64,000 nucleotides of DNA, taken from Eledone cirrhosa (Eukaryota). The stretch is from the NCBI GenBank assembly GCA_964016885.1, contig OZ024745.1:63116001-63180000 (forward strand), read 5' to 3'. This document shows positions 16,268-30,100 of this stretch, piece by piece. How positions within the stretch are numbered: the stretch's first letter is position 1; each line of letters begins with the position of its first letter. The notes below the pieces were generated by a model. The model was not told the DNA's origin. It searched no databases and saw only the letters and a program-made list of their open reading frames with translations. A program made the position numbers and the translations under genes.

Positions 16268-16431
16268 ATATATATACATATATACATATATATACATATA
16301 TACATATATATATATATACATATACATATATATATATATATATATCCATATATACATATATATACATATATACATATATATATATATACATATACATATA
16401 TATATATATATATATCCATATATACATATAT

Positions 16432-16514
<83 letters not shown>
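15655..16514. repeat. About 860-bp interrupted (TA)n array
   Basis: Directly visible. Interruptions switch from G on the left to C on the right. Confidence 0.95.
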
Positions 16515-16515
<1 letters not shown>

Positions 16516-17789
16516 GCCCAGGCTAGCATGCGCACACCCACACCAGTACATGTATGTAAGTAACCAAGTGCAAAAGAATAGCAGGAAAGTGAATACATAT
16601 GAAGAAAGCCGTGCGTTTCGACATATCAGATTATTACAAAGATATCCCTCATTGCACTAGAAGACATTGGCATAATAACATTTAACCAAAAACAAATAGG
16701 TTCTAAGAATCAAACTATCGGATGAGAAAGCCAGCGTGTTAAAAATCCATATACGAATACAGCAGAGCATAAAAATAAAGACATTATATACAGAAGCTTA
16801 TATAGAATATATCGAACTAAAAACATATAATTAAACAGAAATAAAATCAGAATATGGGAATACGATAAAATATATGATGCTATAACTATTGTGGATAGAA
16901 TATGGCGGACTGTAGAATGGTATTTATTCAAGAGAAAAGTGTAAATATTATGTTTGAAGAAATTCAATATTAAGATAGAATTGATGAAAACTTAAAATAT
17001 CCTCAGATAGTAAGGGGTTGGTTTATGAAAGGCTGCTTGCTTTTTATATAGTCATTTTTAAAAAATCTAAAATCTATTATGAGGGCGGTAACTATTGAGA
17101 ATTTAGTCTTCTCTTACCATTTGCTTACCACAAGCAATGCAATAAAGCCATTAAAATGCAAGAGCGAATGAGAAGAGAAAAGGCAAGGTGGAGAAGCTAT
17201 AGAGACTGAAGAACAAAGATGACTATTAATGATGCTTTTGAACTTTTACAGATTTCGGAAAGCCAGAAGAGAATTATATATGTGAGATATGTAAGGGCAG
17301 AAACTGTCAGCATACAATTTGCGAACACAGTTAGGAATTTGACCTGCAACATAATGTGACTTAACAAAAGTGGTACTACTTTTAAATCCATAACGACAAG
17401 GCAACGAAGGAAAACTCTCATTAGAAAACTTTCATTGTGAATATTGTAGAAAAGTCACAGAGGTGAAACAAATTGACAGCGTGTTAATCATTATAGCTGA
17501 CATATGTCAGAACAAATACTGTTGACAATACTTTGGATTTTATCCAAAGGGCAGAAGCACCATACACGATGTGATAGCAGTACTAAATACAAGACGTATG
17601 GTAGATATCTAAAATAAAAGATAATTTAAGGTGTGAACATTTTCTGGCATTACAGAACGAACTTAATTTCTGATCAGCAAATTTTGCAATTAAAGAGATA
17701 TATGATTACCTTGTCAAATCAGTGAACAATGTTAGACTGAGAAGGTGTCATAAGTTCCCTTGTAGAATATAATCAGATTTACTAATGGA

Positions 17790-18420
17790 ATACAATATTG
17801 GTTCTCAATTGCATTTAACGTCCTTATTTTGGTCAGGCAGGCCTCTGCTTTCAACTTTTTCACTTCCACCTTTTTCGCTGGTCCTCCCACTCATCACATT
17901 CCATGTCAAGTGGTTACTAACAACATGTGAAATTAAGTCTCGGATCGGATATATGACTAGATCCAAACTAAATCTAATGGTGCAGGTACTTCATCAGGCT
18001 ATCCTTTTAGCGCATAAACTTTCCCCATCCAAAGAGAACATTCTTTCTGCCCAAGATTCAAAGTAAAATGGCTCTTCCAAATGGGTTTCTAGTCTATAAT
18101 ACATTCGAACAGACCTGAACTAGTAAAGATCCCCGATCCCAGCAGTGTAGTCATTTCTGGAAATATACTTGTATAATGCAGTTTCTATCCTTGAACTAAA
18201 TGTACAGTATTAGGGCCTTGGAGCTGCGTTGATTGAACTCCGACTATATCTAGCCTGTAACACGAAGTCTCCTTCACTAGTTCCTGCTCCATAACAGTAA
18301 ATGTTGCAACATTCCAGTTGCCAATTGTTTTTAAAGTTTGGGCCCTTCTTGTCCGTTGTTGAGGTGTTGTGAAGCACAACATTTGTGCGTCAATCCAACG
18401 CCCTCCAGAATATGCCGCAA
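17790..18420 (-). mobile_element. RTE-clade LINE (Expander/Rex3-like), decayed AP-endonuclease fragment
   Basis: IGNWNVATFTVMEQELVKETSCYRLDIVGVQSTQLQG matches the APE N-terminal motifs (WNV; LDIVGxxET). Confidence 0.75.
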
Positions 18421-19246
18421 GCACATCAGCAGGTCTTTCAGCGTTGGATGGAGACTCCCAATGGTTTTAGAACAGCCCCCCCCCCCCCCCCCCCCCCTGC
18501 CACCCTAACTAAAGACTGAACACGTCCCTTCTTATCTCACACGAATGGAAATGCGATATGAATACTTTTCTTATATCTAAATATTTTACAGTGTTTTGGC
18601 GAACTTATTCACGCCAATCACCAATTTGGTACATTTCACAGATCCATGCCAGTCTAGGCATTTTAGAGGCGGCGTTTACTCGCCTCTTCATAATTACATC
18701 ATTGGGTTGTAAGTGTTTTCATTGGGAGTAAGTGTCCTCCATTGCTCCATCACCCCTGGAAGTTTGTCCCTTCTTGGCCCAGTGCTGCGTATTTACCAGG
18801 AAAAAGCCCACTCGTATCGCAACTAACCATCATATCTGGTGCAATTATTTTTCAGCCAGCTGCGACTCGTTCTTTGCAGAACAACTCTGCCGAAATAAAT
18901 CACTCCCAATTTTTTAAATTCTTCCATAATATAGTATGCCGAATATTTTTGTCCAGTTTTAGAAATCAAATTTGACATCACATATAAAGAAAGGTGTAAA
19001 GATATTAAACAGAGACAATGACAGAAATCGCGGATTCACTGAAGGGGTAAGTTCGAATACTCAGTGGATTGGCAGGCAAACCGTAAGAGAGATGGACAGG
19101 GAAAGAACTATTGTGCACAAGCATGTAGACACAATTAAACAATGTCATATATGCACACACACACACACACACACACACGCACATATACACGCACATACAC
19201 ACACACACACACACATACACATATAAACACTCACACACACAAACAC

Positions 19247-20338
19247 CCTTTGGCGGTCAATTTTATTGATTTCCAGAAGGCATTCGACAGTGTAGTACAC
19301 CGGGAGTCGCTGTGGAATGTTGCGCAACTTTACGGCATTCCTGCAAGATTCATCGCCATTTTCAAGGCCCTGTATGAAAACTCCAGCTGCTGCGTGCGGA
19401 CTGTGTCCGGTGTGACGGAGTTCTTTGACATTGTCTCCGGAGTTAGACAGGGTTGCATTCTCTCTCCACTGTTGTTCCTGCTGGCAGCTGATTTCGTACT
19501 AAGGCGAATGGAGGAAGGACCCGGTCGACGAATCTCATGGAGAGGGCAGTCGAGGCTGAGGGACCTGGCATTCGCCGACGACATCGCTTTGATCGCTGAA
19601 AACAGTGCAGATCTGCAGGCCCTAACAACATCCCTACAAGAGAGTACGGAAAAGATCGGCCTGAGAATCAACACCGAAAAGACCAAGGTCATGAGAACGG
19701 CCAGCAGCACAGGTCCAGTGATCAGAGTCAACCAACAGGACCTCGAGGAAGTCGATCACTTCACCTATCTGGTCAGCACCCTGACATGCAGCGGCGACGC
19801 AGAGCTCGATATCAACTGTCGGATCGGCAAAGGAGCCGCAGTTTTCCACCGGCTGTGCCCAGTCTGGTCGTCTTCATGCGTGAGCACCAAGACAAAGCTC
19901 TGCCTGTACAAGAGCATCGTGCTGCCGACAGTGCTTTATGCGAGCAAGACCTGGAAGAGTACGGCAAAAATAGAGAGACGGCTGAACGGTTTCCATCAGC
20001 GGTGCCTGCAAAAGATCCTGGCGCGACCGAGTGCGAAACGAGGAGATCCTGCGGAGAGCCGCTACAGAATGTGGTCACGGGGCGTCGGTGCCGTCTGGCT
20101 GGCCATATTCTGCGTCTGCCAAATGAACGGCATTCGAAAACAGCGATGAACTGGACTCCGCCTGGCGGTAAACGGAAGCGGGGTTGCCCAAGTATCACCT
20201 GGCGACGAACGTTCCGGAAGGACCTGATGGCAGCCAACATCACCTGGCACGGTCTCGAAAAAGTTGCCGCTGATCGTGACCGTTGGCGAGTACTTACTGA
20301 TCGATGCGCCGAACGGCGCGGAAGAATCTAAATCTAAG
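19247..20338 (+). mobile_element. 5'-truncated RTE-clade LINE (RT and C-terminal domain) inserted in (CA)n
   Basis: FIDFQKAFDSV, GVRQGCILSPLLF, LAFADDIAL, GLRINTEKTK, GKRKRGCP..TW motifs. CTAAATCTAAG tail. TSD ACACACAAACAC at 19235-19246 and 20339-20350. One frame break near 20020. Confidence 0.93.
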
Positions 20339-20356
20339 ACACACAAACACACACAC

Positions 20357-20387
<31 letters not shown>

Positions 20388-21855
20388 TACACATACACGC
20401 ACCCACACACCAGAGACGACCTGTTAAAACAACAAATGATTATAGTATTTTTATGAAGTAAAGTTTCTTTTGTTTTATTCTATTTTATGAATGGAAAAAA
20501 TATATATGAAAACATAAATTTACTCAACTTCTTTTACTTTCTGTTTTGTTTTGTTTTCAAATAATTATATTCATTTGATAATATATTTGTAGTATATATT
20601 ATATTCATCATTTTTTAAATATACGGGGAATAGTTCCATTTAGCATGTTAATATTCTATTTTCGGAATCCGTTAACCCTGTATGCTATATGAACATATAT
20701 ATTTTCCCATATTTTTAATATTGCAGTTGTAGTAACATTCATATATTTATTTTAGACATGCATTTACTTACGATTAGATAGAGAGCTAAACGAATACATC
20801 AAATTCTCCCATTTGGGACGTAATTTTTGGGTGTATTTGCAAGAGTGGTAAATAGAGTCAATTGCTTCATTTCTGTGTTTCATTCAGAAAACTGCAGTTT
20901 GGTTTGTCAACTTTCAGCAATTGCCGAATCAAATTATTCCATCTTCTAAATTATGAAGAATGTAAATGTTTATATTATATACTCTGGCAAACAAAATTTC
21001 ATTTGATGTGCATAGTGTATCTTCTTAGAATGTAGAAAACCGTATATATTTCTATATCAACCCACAAATAATATTCTGCAACCAAAGTATAATTTTGGTA
21101 CTCAAAGTGTCAAGTGAAGAGTAAAAACATAAGTTATTTTATTGATAAATATAATAATATAGTAGAAATGCGATGCATCGTCAGGTTTGAAGAGGTTTCG
21201 AAGACAGAATAATAGCGAGTAGTATCTTTAAATATGATTGTAATTTTATATCAGAGAAATTATATTTCAAACGTGAGCATTTATCAATAACAATTATCGA
21301 AAATTAATATCAATTCAATATGGCTTCTCATATTGATTTCTAACATGAAGTAATGTCTTCTTATGGCTTCTTATATTCAAATGTAGGAGACAGATACTGT
21401 CTCCTTTGCTGAAGGTAAAACTGAAAAGTGATATATTTATGATTTATGTAAATTTCAGCAGTACCTGCATGGGTATATATATATATATATGAGTGTGTCT
21501 GTGTGTGTGTGTGTGTGTCTGTGTGTGTGTAAATACACGTATGCACATGGTTTAGATGACAGTTGCGAGTAAAATTTGATATTTGACGAGTGGGTCCGAA
21601 AACCCACGTATGCAGATATTCATTTTCATCCTCTCTGGGGGTTTATATTTAGATTTCTGTCAGTATTAAGAAATACAGAGAAAGCATTTAGTTCAGTATT
21701 CCACTATATACTATTAAGTAAAACAACAAATCTATGTGGAATCAAGTAACTTTTCATTTACGTATATTTCGCAAATAACAAATGGCTTCAAGTCAGAGAT
21801 ATACGTACTGTTGATCTTTAAAAGGAAAATATCTTCATATCGATATATATTTACC

Positions 21856-21929
<74 letters not shown>

Positions 21930-22204
21930 ATATAGAATTTATATATAGAATTTATAAAATTATAGAATTAGGTAGTAAAAAGTAATACAAAATCGCTGGG
22001 GTCTAAAACAGCTGCTATAATTAGTTGGTATATCGTTGTCGGCCAGTGCTATCTATAATTTACTGGATTGGGGCTACTTAGGCTACAAAAGCCTCGGGGT
22101 AGGCGAAGGGGGAAAAAGGAAAAGGAAGAGGATAGGGAGTGGAAAGAAGAGATAGGAGTATATATATATATATTTAATGTATAATAAACAACACAGTATA
22201 ATTA

Positions 22205-22272
22205 CCTCATTACTCGAGGTTTCCCGAACAGGACGAACACAAGAGACAACCGCATTCGTTCGTCAGATAAGG
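22205..22272 (-). ncRNA. Type I hammerhead ribozyme, intact core
   Basis: Reverse strand reads CCTTAT-CTGACGA-ACGAATGCGG..CCTGTTCGG-GAAA-CCTCGAG-TA-ATGAGG. Confidence 0.65.
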
Positions 22273-22341
22273 CAGTCAATACTGCCAATACTGGAATTGA
22301 ATAATCAAAACCGTAGCGGTATGTCACACTTCAAATCATAT

Positions 22342-22408
22342 ATTTTGTCTGATGAAAACATACTTAAAAACATTTGAAATAGTACCTTTGAAATATGTAT
22401 AATAAAAT
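22342..22408 (+). ncRNA. Type I hammerhead ribozyme, intact core
   Basis: ATTTTGT-CTGATGA-AAACATAC..GTACCTTT-GAAA-TATGTA-TA-ATAAAAT. Homologous to 40591-40653. Confidence 0.65.
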
Positions 22409-22552
22409 CTATATTTTGATATATGAGAAAATTTTTCATTTGTTAACATTTTGAATAATATTAAACACTCCAGGAAAATCCTTTGTTGAGTGCTTCTAAT
22501 CTATAGTAATATTGTATTCGTTGACTAATCAACGAACCATACTAATCTTTGG

Positions 22553-22583
<31 letters not shown>

Positions 22584-22586
<3 letters not shown>

Positions 22587-22690
22587 CAACGCGTAAAGAC
22601 ACCCTTCGGTCATGTATGACCATGGGATTTGCACCTAGAGAGTTCCCCTTCCAGACACAAGTCTGGGAAAGTTGTTTCTGGAAGATAAAC
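22584..22690 (-). mobile_element. 3' fragment of SINE family B
   Basis: Reverse complement resembles 27375-27440 (GATTTGCACCTAGAGAGTTCCCC..CACAAGTCTGGGAAAG). Confidence 0.65.
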
Positions 22691-24299
22691 AAGGTCGAGT
22701 CTCGTGGATTAGGATACATTGATCTGTGTGGACGCTGTACCATAGAAACGTGGGTGCTGTTTCGTACTGCGCAAATTCATTTCGACGTAGGTAAGCTTTA
22801 AGACCTCCTCACAGATCGATGTTGTGCGTATGTAAACTGTACGTCTACCAAAATGGGAACGCTCAGTTTCTGAGAAGGGTGGTGCTGGAGGTGGTATAAT
22901 AAGTGTGAAGAATGTAGGAAAGAGAGAGCGATGATGACACCGATGATAGTAGGGTGTAAGTGAGTTGTTAATGGAGTTAGAAATGTAAGTTTAATGGGTT
23001 GATATTATGGTGATGATATTTTGGCTGAAGTAGAGTTTTGTAATTTAACGCAATATGATTTCTGGATATGAAATATCGATTAAGAATATTAAAATAATAG
23101 TATTTGAATCGTGCTAAAAGAATAGAACTATTGTGAATATCTAAATATTTTATTCATATATAAAATTATTCATACCCAATTTCAAGCATTCTGCTTCTGA
23201 TTTACGACCTTATTCCTATTTTATTATTGTCAGGATGTATGTTTAAAAATTCAATAAAAGTTAACAAATAAAATTGATATATATGGTTTTCCAAGTTGTC
23301 CCCATCGTCAATCATTGCATTTTAAGGGAATTATGTTTAGAAATCTATACCTTTATCCATGCCATTAATGATACGACCAGATTAAAATCGCTTCAACGGA
23401 ATCCGAAATCTTGTTTTATTTTTATTTCGACTGTAGCTTTCCGCCAGTTCTGCGTATCTCACTAATACAGTGAAACCTTTTCTACTTAACAATACATGCG
23501 AGGTTTCTATGATACAAAAATGTGTAATCGTATTGCTTGTTTTCTTTATTTTTAACGATTCAATGTAATGGAAATATATAAAGCATTACGATTCAAATAC
23601 ATGCATAATTCATATTATAAAATCTTTTGTATATGTAAGGATTGAAGCATGGATAAGAGAAAATGATGAAAGGATCGAATGATCAGATTTATTATACCAA
23701 TAGCTTTGCCCTTTGGAAATACAATTCTTCTCATCAAATAAATCAATCGTCAAGTAATTATGTGTGTGACACCACAAAACGTAACTTAATGTACCGTGGG
23801 ACTAAAATTTTCAGGATAGCATGGATGCAGAAAATTAGAATTTCATGTTAAATATGAAAGAAAACAATGAATACAGGAACGAAGAGATAACTAGCTATGG
23901 TTCAAGTGGAATAAAATATTTATGTTCATCTGAATGTAAAGAGGTATATCACAGTCTATTTTAAATCCGAAATGACTCAAGGCTACTCTCGATCTCATTT
24001 TCGAATTTGTATTGCAAGAAAACATACAAGTTAATTTTCATTTATCATAATCATCACTACTATCATCAAAATGCTTACCAACATCATTACGATTATTAAC
24101 ATCACTACACTTATTATCGTCATTTTTATTTATATGCAGTCTTTTTTATGTTTTTATTGTATATTTTTATTTCACTACATATTCACTCTCTCAAGGACCG
24201 TGAGTTTATGGTATATTTTGGAGTGACTCTTTCGTTTCTATTGTATTAATGATGCGGTACGTAATATATATGTAGTACCTAGTAGTGCTATTTTCTGGG

Positions 24300-25050
24300 T
24301 GTTGAGAATAAGTTTAGGATCACTGTTTTGGGTTATGATTTTGACTGCAGGTTCAGAAATATTCTCATTTAGGGAGTTGCCTCTCTTTTTGCAGTCCATT
24401 CTGATTATATATATTTACATACATATCTTTATATTTCCGTAATCTTTCTTCTTTGTGAGATATAGTGCCACCAGACGAGCCAAATACTTTCTAGAGTTGA
24501 CAATCTTTCAAATATATATTTACCAATTAGTCTTTATATCCCTGTCCCTAACAAAGCAAGTTAAATTTACCATTCATTAAAATAATTTTCTTATTTAGAT
24601 TTCTGCTAACGCGATTTTGTTGTCATTTCAATATTTGCACAGATCGGGCATGGCGTCACTTTCCCCGCTATCTTCAGAAAATGGAGATGTGATGCTTTGT
24701 AGTTTGGCAGATGATTGTGATGTTGCTGGTCCTGGTATTCTTTATTCCCTCGTTTTAATTCCAGTTTTCTTCAGTTCTTTAATGCTAAAGTTTACATAAA
24801 TGACGAAGATTCAGGCTTTTCATCTTTGAGCCTGACACAGAGACAATTCCATATAGAACCTCGGATTTTTCCAGTAAAATAACAATCTGTAAGTTCATAT
24901 TCAGCCCTCTGATCTACATATCGGTATACTCCCTCCTACAGTAATTAATCATCCATAGAGTGATAAAAAGGTGAAACTAAGATCCTAAAAACCAACCGAT
25001 GTCCTTGATTGTTATCCTTGCATTTCTCTACCCAAACATTGTAGTTCATG
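24300..25050 (-). mobile_element. Highly decayed BEL/Pao integrase-region relic
   Basis: Minus-strand remnants resemble L..L.PF.D..G...VGG, L.R.YWI and MPDL in the expected order. Heavily disrupted. Confidence 0.3.
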
Positions 25051-26356
25051 CTTACTGGTGACTCTTTGTCTGTAGTTTCACTCCTCTGAATCATAAGACA
25101 CATGATACGCTATACATTCAAAAGAAAGTGTTTCCATATGTAAGTCTGTCAGAGTTTCTTTCGTTTCTGTGCTTGTGGATATAGGAAATATTTTTTCCAT
25201 TTTATTTGCTTGCTACTGCATGTAGCTATGTGGCAGGTAGATATACATTTCGAAACCTGTCAGACCCATGTTTGATTTTGATATATTGTTTTTATTCTTT
25301 TCTATTTCATGTTCCCTACTAATAATTTGTTGCGAAAGTAAAATGTATTATTTATTGCTATGATTTTCTGAACGGTGACAGTTCGTCTCCTCTATATATT
25401 ATGAGCAGAAATATACTTGGCCATTTTGCTACATGTTATCGTTATAGAAAATCGAACAACAATCAAACAAATTGTCTAAAACCACGTATCTTACATATTT
25501 GCCACAAAATCGATGGAATGCGCATTTCTAAGTTTGCAGAATAATCCAACGTGTCAATTAATCAAGGGAAAACTCGTATTTGATATCTGTGAAGAATATT
25601 GTAAACACGTCAACACTTTAGGACATTCAATAATAAGTATAAGAAAATCGACAATGATAAATTAAAAACAATATTTCGTTTTAAAACGCGGTTTATCATG
25701 GTGATAAAACTATGTAAATAGCAGGAGAATGTACGCAAAATGATTATGGACAGAGCACCACGTGTCTTCCTCGTACAGTTAAAGAGACTGGACTGTTGAA
25801 AGTTTTCCTGACTAGAAATACCATTTATAGTAAGAGCATTAGAACCAACGACCACTTGGTTTGAAGGTAAAGAAGTTATTAACCGATCCATCTGGCAGAT
25901 TCCTTATTATTTGATTTTAAAAGAATCGTCACACAGCTATTTGCTACGGTAAGTATACGCCTTCTGTTGTAGACCAAATAAATAAACACGGTAATATTTA
26001 CCCAGGCAAATAATTTTTGAGCAGGTTATTTGAATTAAAATTTGGTAAGCATATTGAAGGGGATATCAAGTAGATGGAGATTTACAAAAGCTTTGCACAC
26101 ATTTACACTTGGGAGTGGATGGTCTAGAGTTGCTGGTTTTTATTTTAAAGAAATGATTTACAAAATACATGTCTTAATTAAAGAATTCGTTAAGACATTT
26201 AGTAACAGAATATTGCCATCGAAATATTTCACAGGAAAGTCTTCTTCGAGTAAACCGTATACGTCTGAGGGGGAATTTTTTTATGACGGCACAGTATTTA
26301 ATACCTGTTCATTTCCCAAAACTTACTCGACAACTATACATCTCACTTACTTTCAA

Positions 26357-26390
<34 letters not shown>

Positions 26391-26478
26391 TAATAATAAT
26401 AATTGTTTCTATTTTAGGCACATTTTATATATATATATACATACGTACATACACATACACACGCACACACACGCGCAC

Positions 26479-26573
<95 letters not shown>

Positions 26574-26584
26574 TATATATATAT

Positions 26585-27572
26585 AAGAGGGTGTTAAAGT
26601 TTGCTTGAAGCATTGTGAAATGTGTAAAATACGTATTTAAGAAAGCCACAACAATGCAGAGGGAAATCTCGAGGTAGGAAGTGAAAGATAGATAGGAAAA
26701 ACAGGTGAAAGTGAAAATTAAGAGAGACAAAGATGAAAACAAAACAAAGGTAGAAGGGTTACCGTAGTAGAGATTTAATCCCAATATTTCGGGCTCACGC
26801 CCATCAACGGGGGAAAGTTCCAAAAGGGGGGGAACAGGCCAAGCGGAGAAAGTTGTGATGTCGTTAAGACAGGAATGCCGTTATGGGGAGAAAATTATTT
26901 AAAATTTAAACGAGGGAAAGAATGCGCGTGCGCGTGATAGGCTGTGGCAAAAGCTACTGACCAAATGGGTTAAATCAAGAGGGTGCGCTAGCGTGTGAAA
27001 GCCGTAAGATATGTGTGTGTAAATATATATGTGTGTGTAACTGTGTGTGTATAAGTGTAAGTGTGTATATGTGTGAGTGTGTGTGTGTGTGAAAGATAGT
27101 GGGCTGTAGAAGCTGGAAATCAAAGGGTGTGAAAGGTGGTAGGTTGTAATATATATATATCGGGTGGCGCATAATTACGACTCAGCGGTTAAAGCGTTGG
27201 GCTTTCAATCGGGAGGTTGTGAATTTGATTCTCGACCGGGTCATGAATTGTTTCTTTGAGCAAGACATTATAACATTATATTTCACGTTGCTTCAGTTTA
27301 TTCAGCTGTAGAAATCAGTTGTGACGTCACTGGTGGCGCGTCGGTGGGGTAAAGATTGGAGACTGATATGCATTGGTCTTCCACAATCAACCTTTCCCAG
27401 ATTTGTGCTACGGGGGGGAACTTTCTCGGTGCAAATCAATTGGACATATATATATATATATATATATAAAAATACGTATTTAAGAAAGCCACAACAATGC
27501 ATTGTTGTGGCTTTCTTAAATACGTATTTTTACACATTTCACAATGCTTCAAGCAAACTTTAACACCCTCTT
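26585..27572. repeat. Inverted repeat 26585-26658 / 27498-27572 with a local perfect palindrome at 27468-27530
   Basis: AAGAGGGTGTTAAAGTTTGC..CACAACAATGCA matches its reverse complement. The local palindrome is centred on ATGCAT. Confidence 0.85.
27166..27445 (+). mobile_element. tRNA-derived SINE, family B
   Basis: tRNA-like head (GACTCAGCGGTTAAAGCG..GAATTTGATTCTC), then TTGAGCAAGACA..TTCAGCTGTAGAAATCAGT, a CORE/V/Nin-like central region. Confidence 0.75.
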
Positions 27573-28966
27573 GGGTGTGGATGTAAAGGAATATTTGATA
27601 AGACAGCCTGGCTATCACAGACAGTATATTTTTTCGTTATGGGAAAATTATTTTACTCTTTTGTTCTATTAACATGTCACAGATATCTGACCAGCCGTTG
27701 AGATTCCCAGAGAGCTGTTTCAAATCCGTTAATTTCTTAATCAGTGTCATTATCACAGCTGGTTCCGAGACGAAAATAAACAAGATCAATTATAGATATT
27801 GCGTGATGAACAATTGCCGGAGTTGCTGATATGCATATCGTGCGAACTTTGCTGGCTATAAGTAATTAGTAATAGGGTTTTATATGAAACCGCATACGAT
27901 ATGTAAGTACAACAAACACAAATATGACAAATAGAAAACATAGGCCGTATATTGCTACTGTCAATTAATTATAGCAAGTCAACTTCGCATTATATTGATG
28001 TTCTAATTTCGATAATGTCTCTAAGATTTCACGGCAATTTATTTCATAGATAAATTCCCAATAACACCTATGCCATTTAGGATAACTTATATCAGCTTCC
28101 CTAACGAACGAAATTCCAAACTACTGCAGATAAAATAAGTGGAAATTGCATAAACGAAAAATCGATTGCAAATTATCGATTCAGTTAACAGGATGTTTAC
28201 GTTTGAAATTCATTATTCACCACTTTCACGAATAATAATATTTTCTTTTGAATGGCAAAATACTAAATTTTGGCCGGGAAGGAGTTTAATTGTTTTATTC
28301 ACCAACCATTAAACCATTACAACTGAGGAATGAAAGTCAAAGTTGATTATATGAAGATTTGAACTGAACACACTGAAGGATAAGACATATTATTTATGTG
28401 TTATAATGTCGCAAACTTCCCATGTATTTCTTCATTTTGTTCAGTGCTGTTGATTATTATCATTGGAACAATGCAATACTATTGTTGTAATGTTCTGTAG
28501 TAAATTTATTCGATGCAAGTTACTTATTTTATTGACCACATAATACATTTTCGATGAGTTTGAACTGAAAGAAAAAAGAGATTGGTGTAATAAAATACAA
28601 GGTATATGGTATATACCCTACCGAAAGTAAATCTGTCCTGTTTCTTCTCTAAATGACGTTATTGGTGTTAGAATCACATGATAATTTTACAATATTTGAA
28701 ATATTACGTTTGCTTTGCTATTTATATTTTGTTTAGATTATCATGTATGGCTTCTATGATTATCTATTCAATTGATTGTTAGATGAGGGGTGTACTTATA
28801 TATGAAAATATATTACCTGGCTAGGGGCTGTTGTATCTAGTATTCAATTACAGCGTCAACATGTATTGTCGCAGCATTCGTTGTTGCAGTCTATTTTGCT
28901 ACTAGGAACGAAGTGAGAGCACGCAAACACTACGGCATATCTATACATATATATGACTATTTCATG

Positions 28967-29012
<46 letters not shown>

Positions 29013-29329
29013 TGTGTGTGTGTGTGTAATGTATACACATTGCACATACAGGCAAATGCATTCTCAACGCGTCAGCTTCCCGCTGGCTGTAGTGCTTTGT
29101 GCATTAGATGGGTCCTGCACTTATAATGCCAGTTTTCACAGCAGAATGTGTGCCGTTCTCTTGATGGTGCATGGAAGACGCTAACAAAACAAAAATGAGA
29201 TATGAAGAGCTCTAATGTGTTTTACAACCAAAGGTAATACATACGTGAAAATTATCAACTTAAACTGTATGGACAAAAATATGATGCTTATAATTTGCAA
29301 CAAAATTGACCAGAAAAAGGAGATTTCCT

Positions 29330-30100
29330 AGAGTAAATAGGAAGGGAAAGAATCAATGACCACTGGACACAGTGATATCACGTGAATATCCAAACAGATG
29401 ACCTGACACACATTGTCTCAGCAGTAGCATGTGGCTGTGATAGAAGGAGATTTATAAGCAAAAATGTGTTCTCGTTGGTTTAAAGTTGTATGGATGAAGT
29501 ATACCAGAAAATGAACACTACCTTAAAATGCATCGACACGACGTCAGCCCACCTCCCAGGAAGGTGAAGTTTATCGTATTAGAATTTACTACATTTATAA
29601 TGCCTGCTTGCCCAACAGATCATAGGCCATTCTGCGAATCAAGGTATGATCAAAGCTTTCCAATTTTGACTGCTCTCTGTTGTGATATCTAGTAATCTAT
29701 TGCATACACAGACATTTCCTTTTGAAGAGACTAAAGGTCATTTCCTGTAACATGTCATGGAGTGCACTTTAGTTACCCTATATTCTTAGATAAGTGTAAT
29801 AATATCACCTTACTGAACTATTAGTATATCACAATATATATATATATTGATCAATGCAGTCTTTCATGCATAACTCCATATTGATAGAGCTGCAATCATG
29901 CATTCCTTTTCTCAGCGGCATGCGTGGTTCCACAATATATGATGTTGCATTCTTACAGCAGATAGCATGGTGTAGTTTCAAGGGGATTTATTTGCTAGTG
30001 CAAGCAGCAATCACACTCGTTGGCCGGTCAAAATATTCAAATTGTACATATGCACTGAAGATAGACTGGAATTTCATGTGTCTTGTTCTACCCAGTTGAT
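29330..30100 (-). mobile_element. Possible decayed pogo/Tigger transposase relic
   Basis: Minus-strand remnants LFKRK, LGGGLTS and VIDSF occur in the order of pogo DDE motifs. Confidence 0.3.

Noticed and set aside
16640-17620. Purine-rich, coding-looking stretch
   Set aside because: No recognisable motifs and frequent stops, so I cannot assign it.
21578-21620. TTGACGA-GTGGGT..ACCCAC remnant
   Set aside because: GAAA is missing after the helix and C3 is mutated. A possible relic only.
26762-26812. Minus-strand TTGAT-GGGCGTGAGCCC-GAAA hammerhead-like remnant
   Set aside because: The core lacks C3 and the GA dinucleotide. Too decayed to call.
28290-28370. Weak SINE family A similarity (also about 2760-2830)
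   Set aside because: Too diverged to set boundaries.
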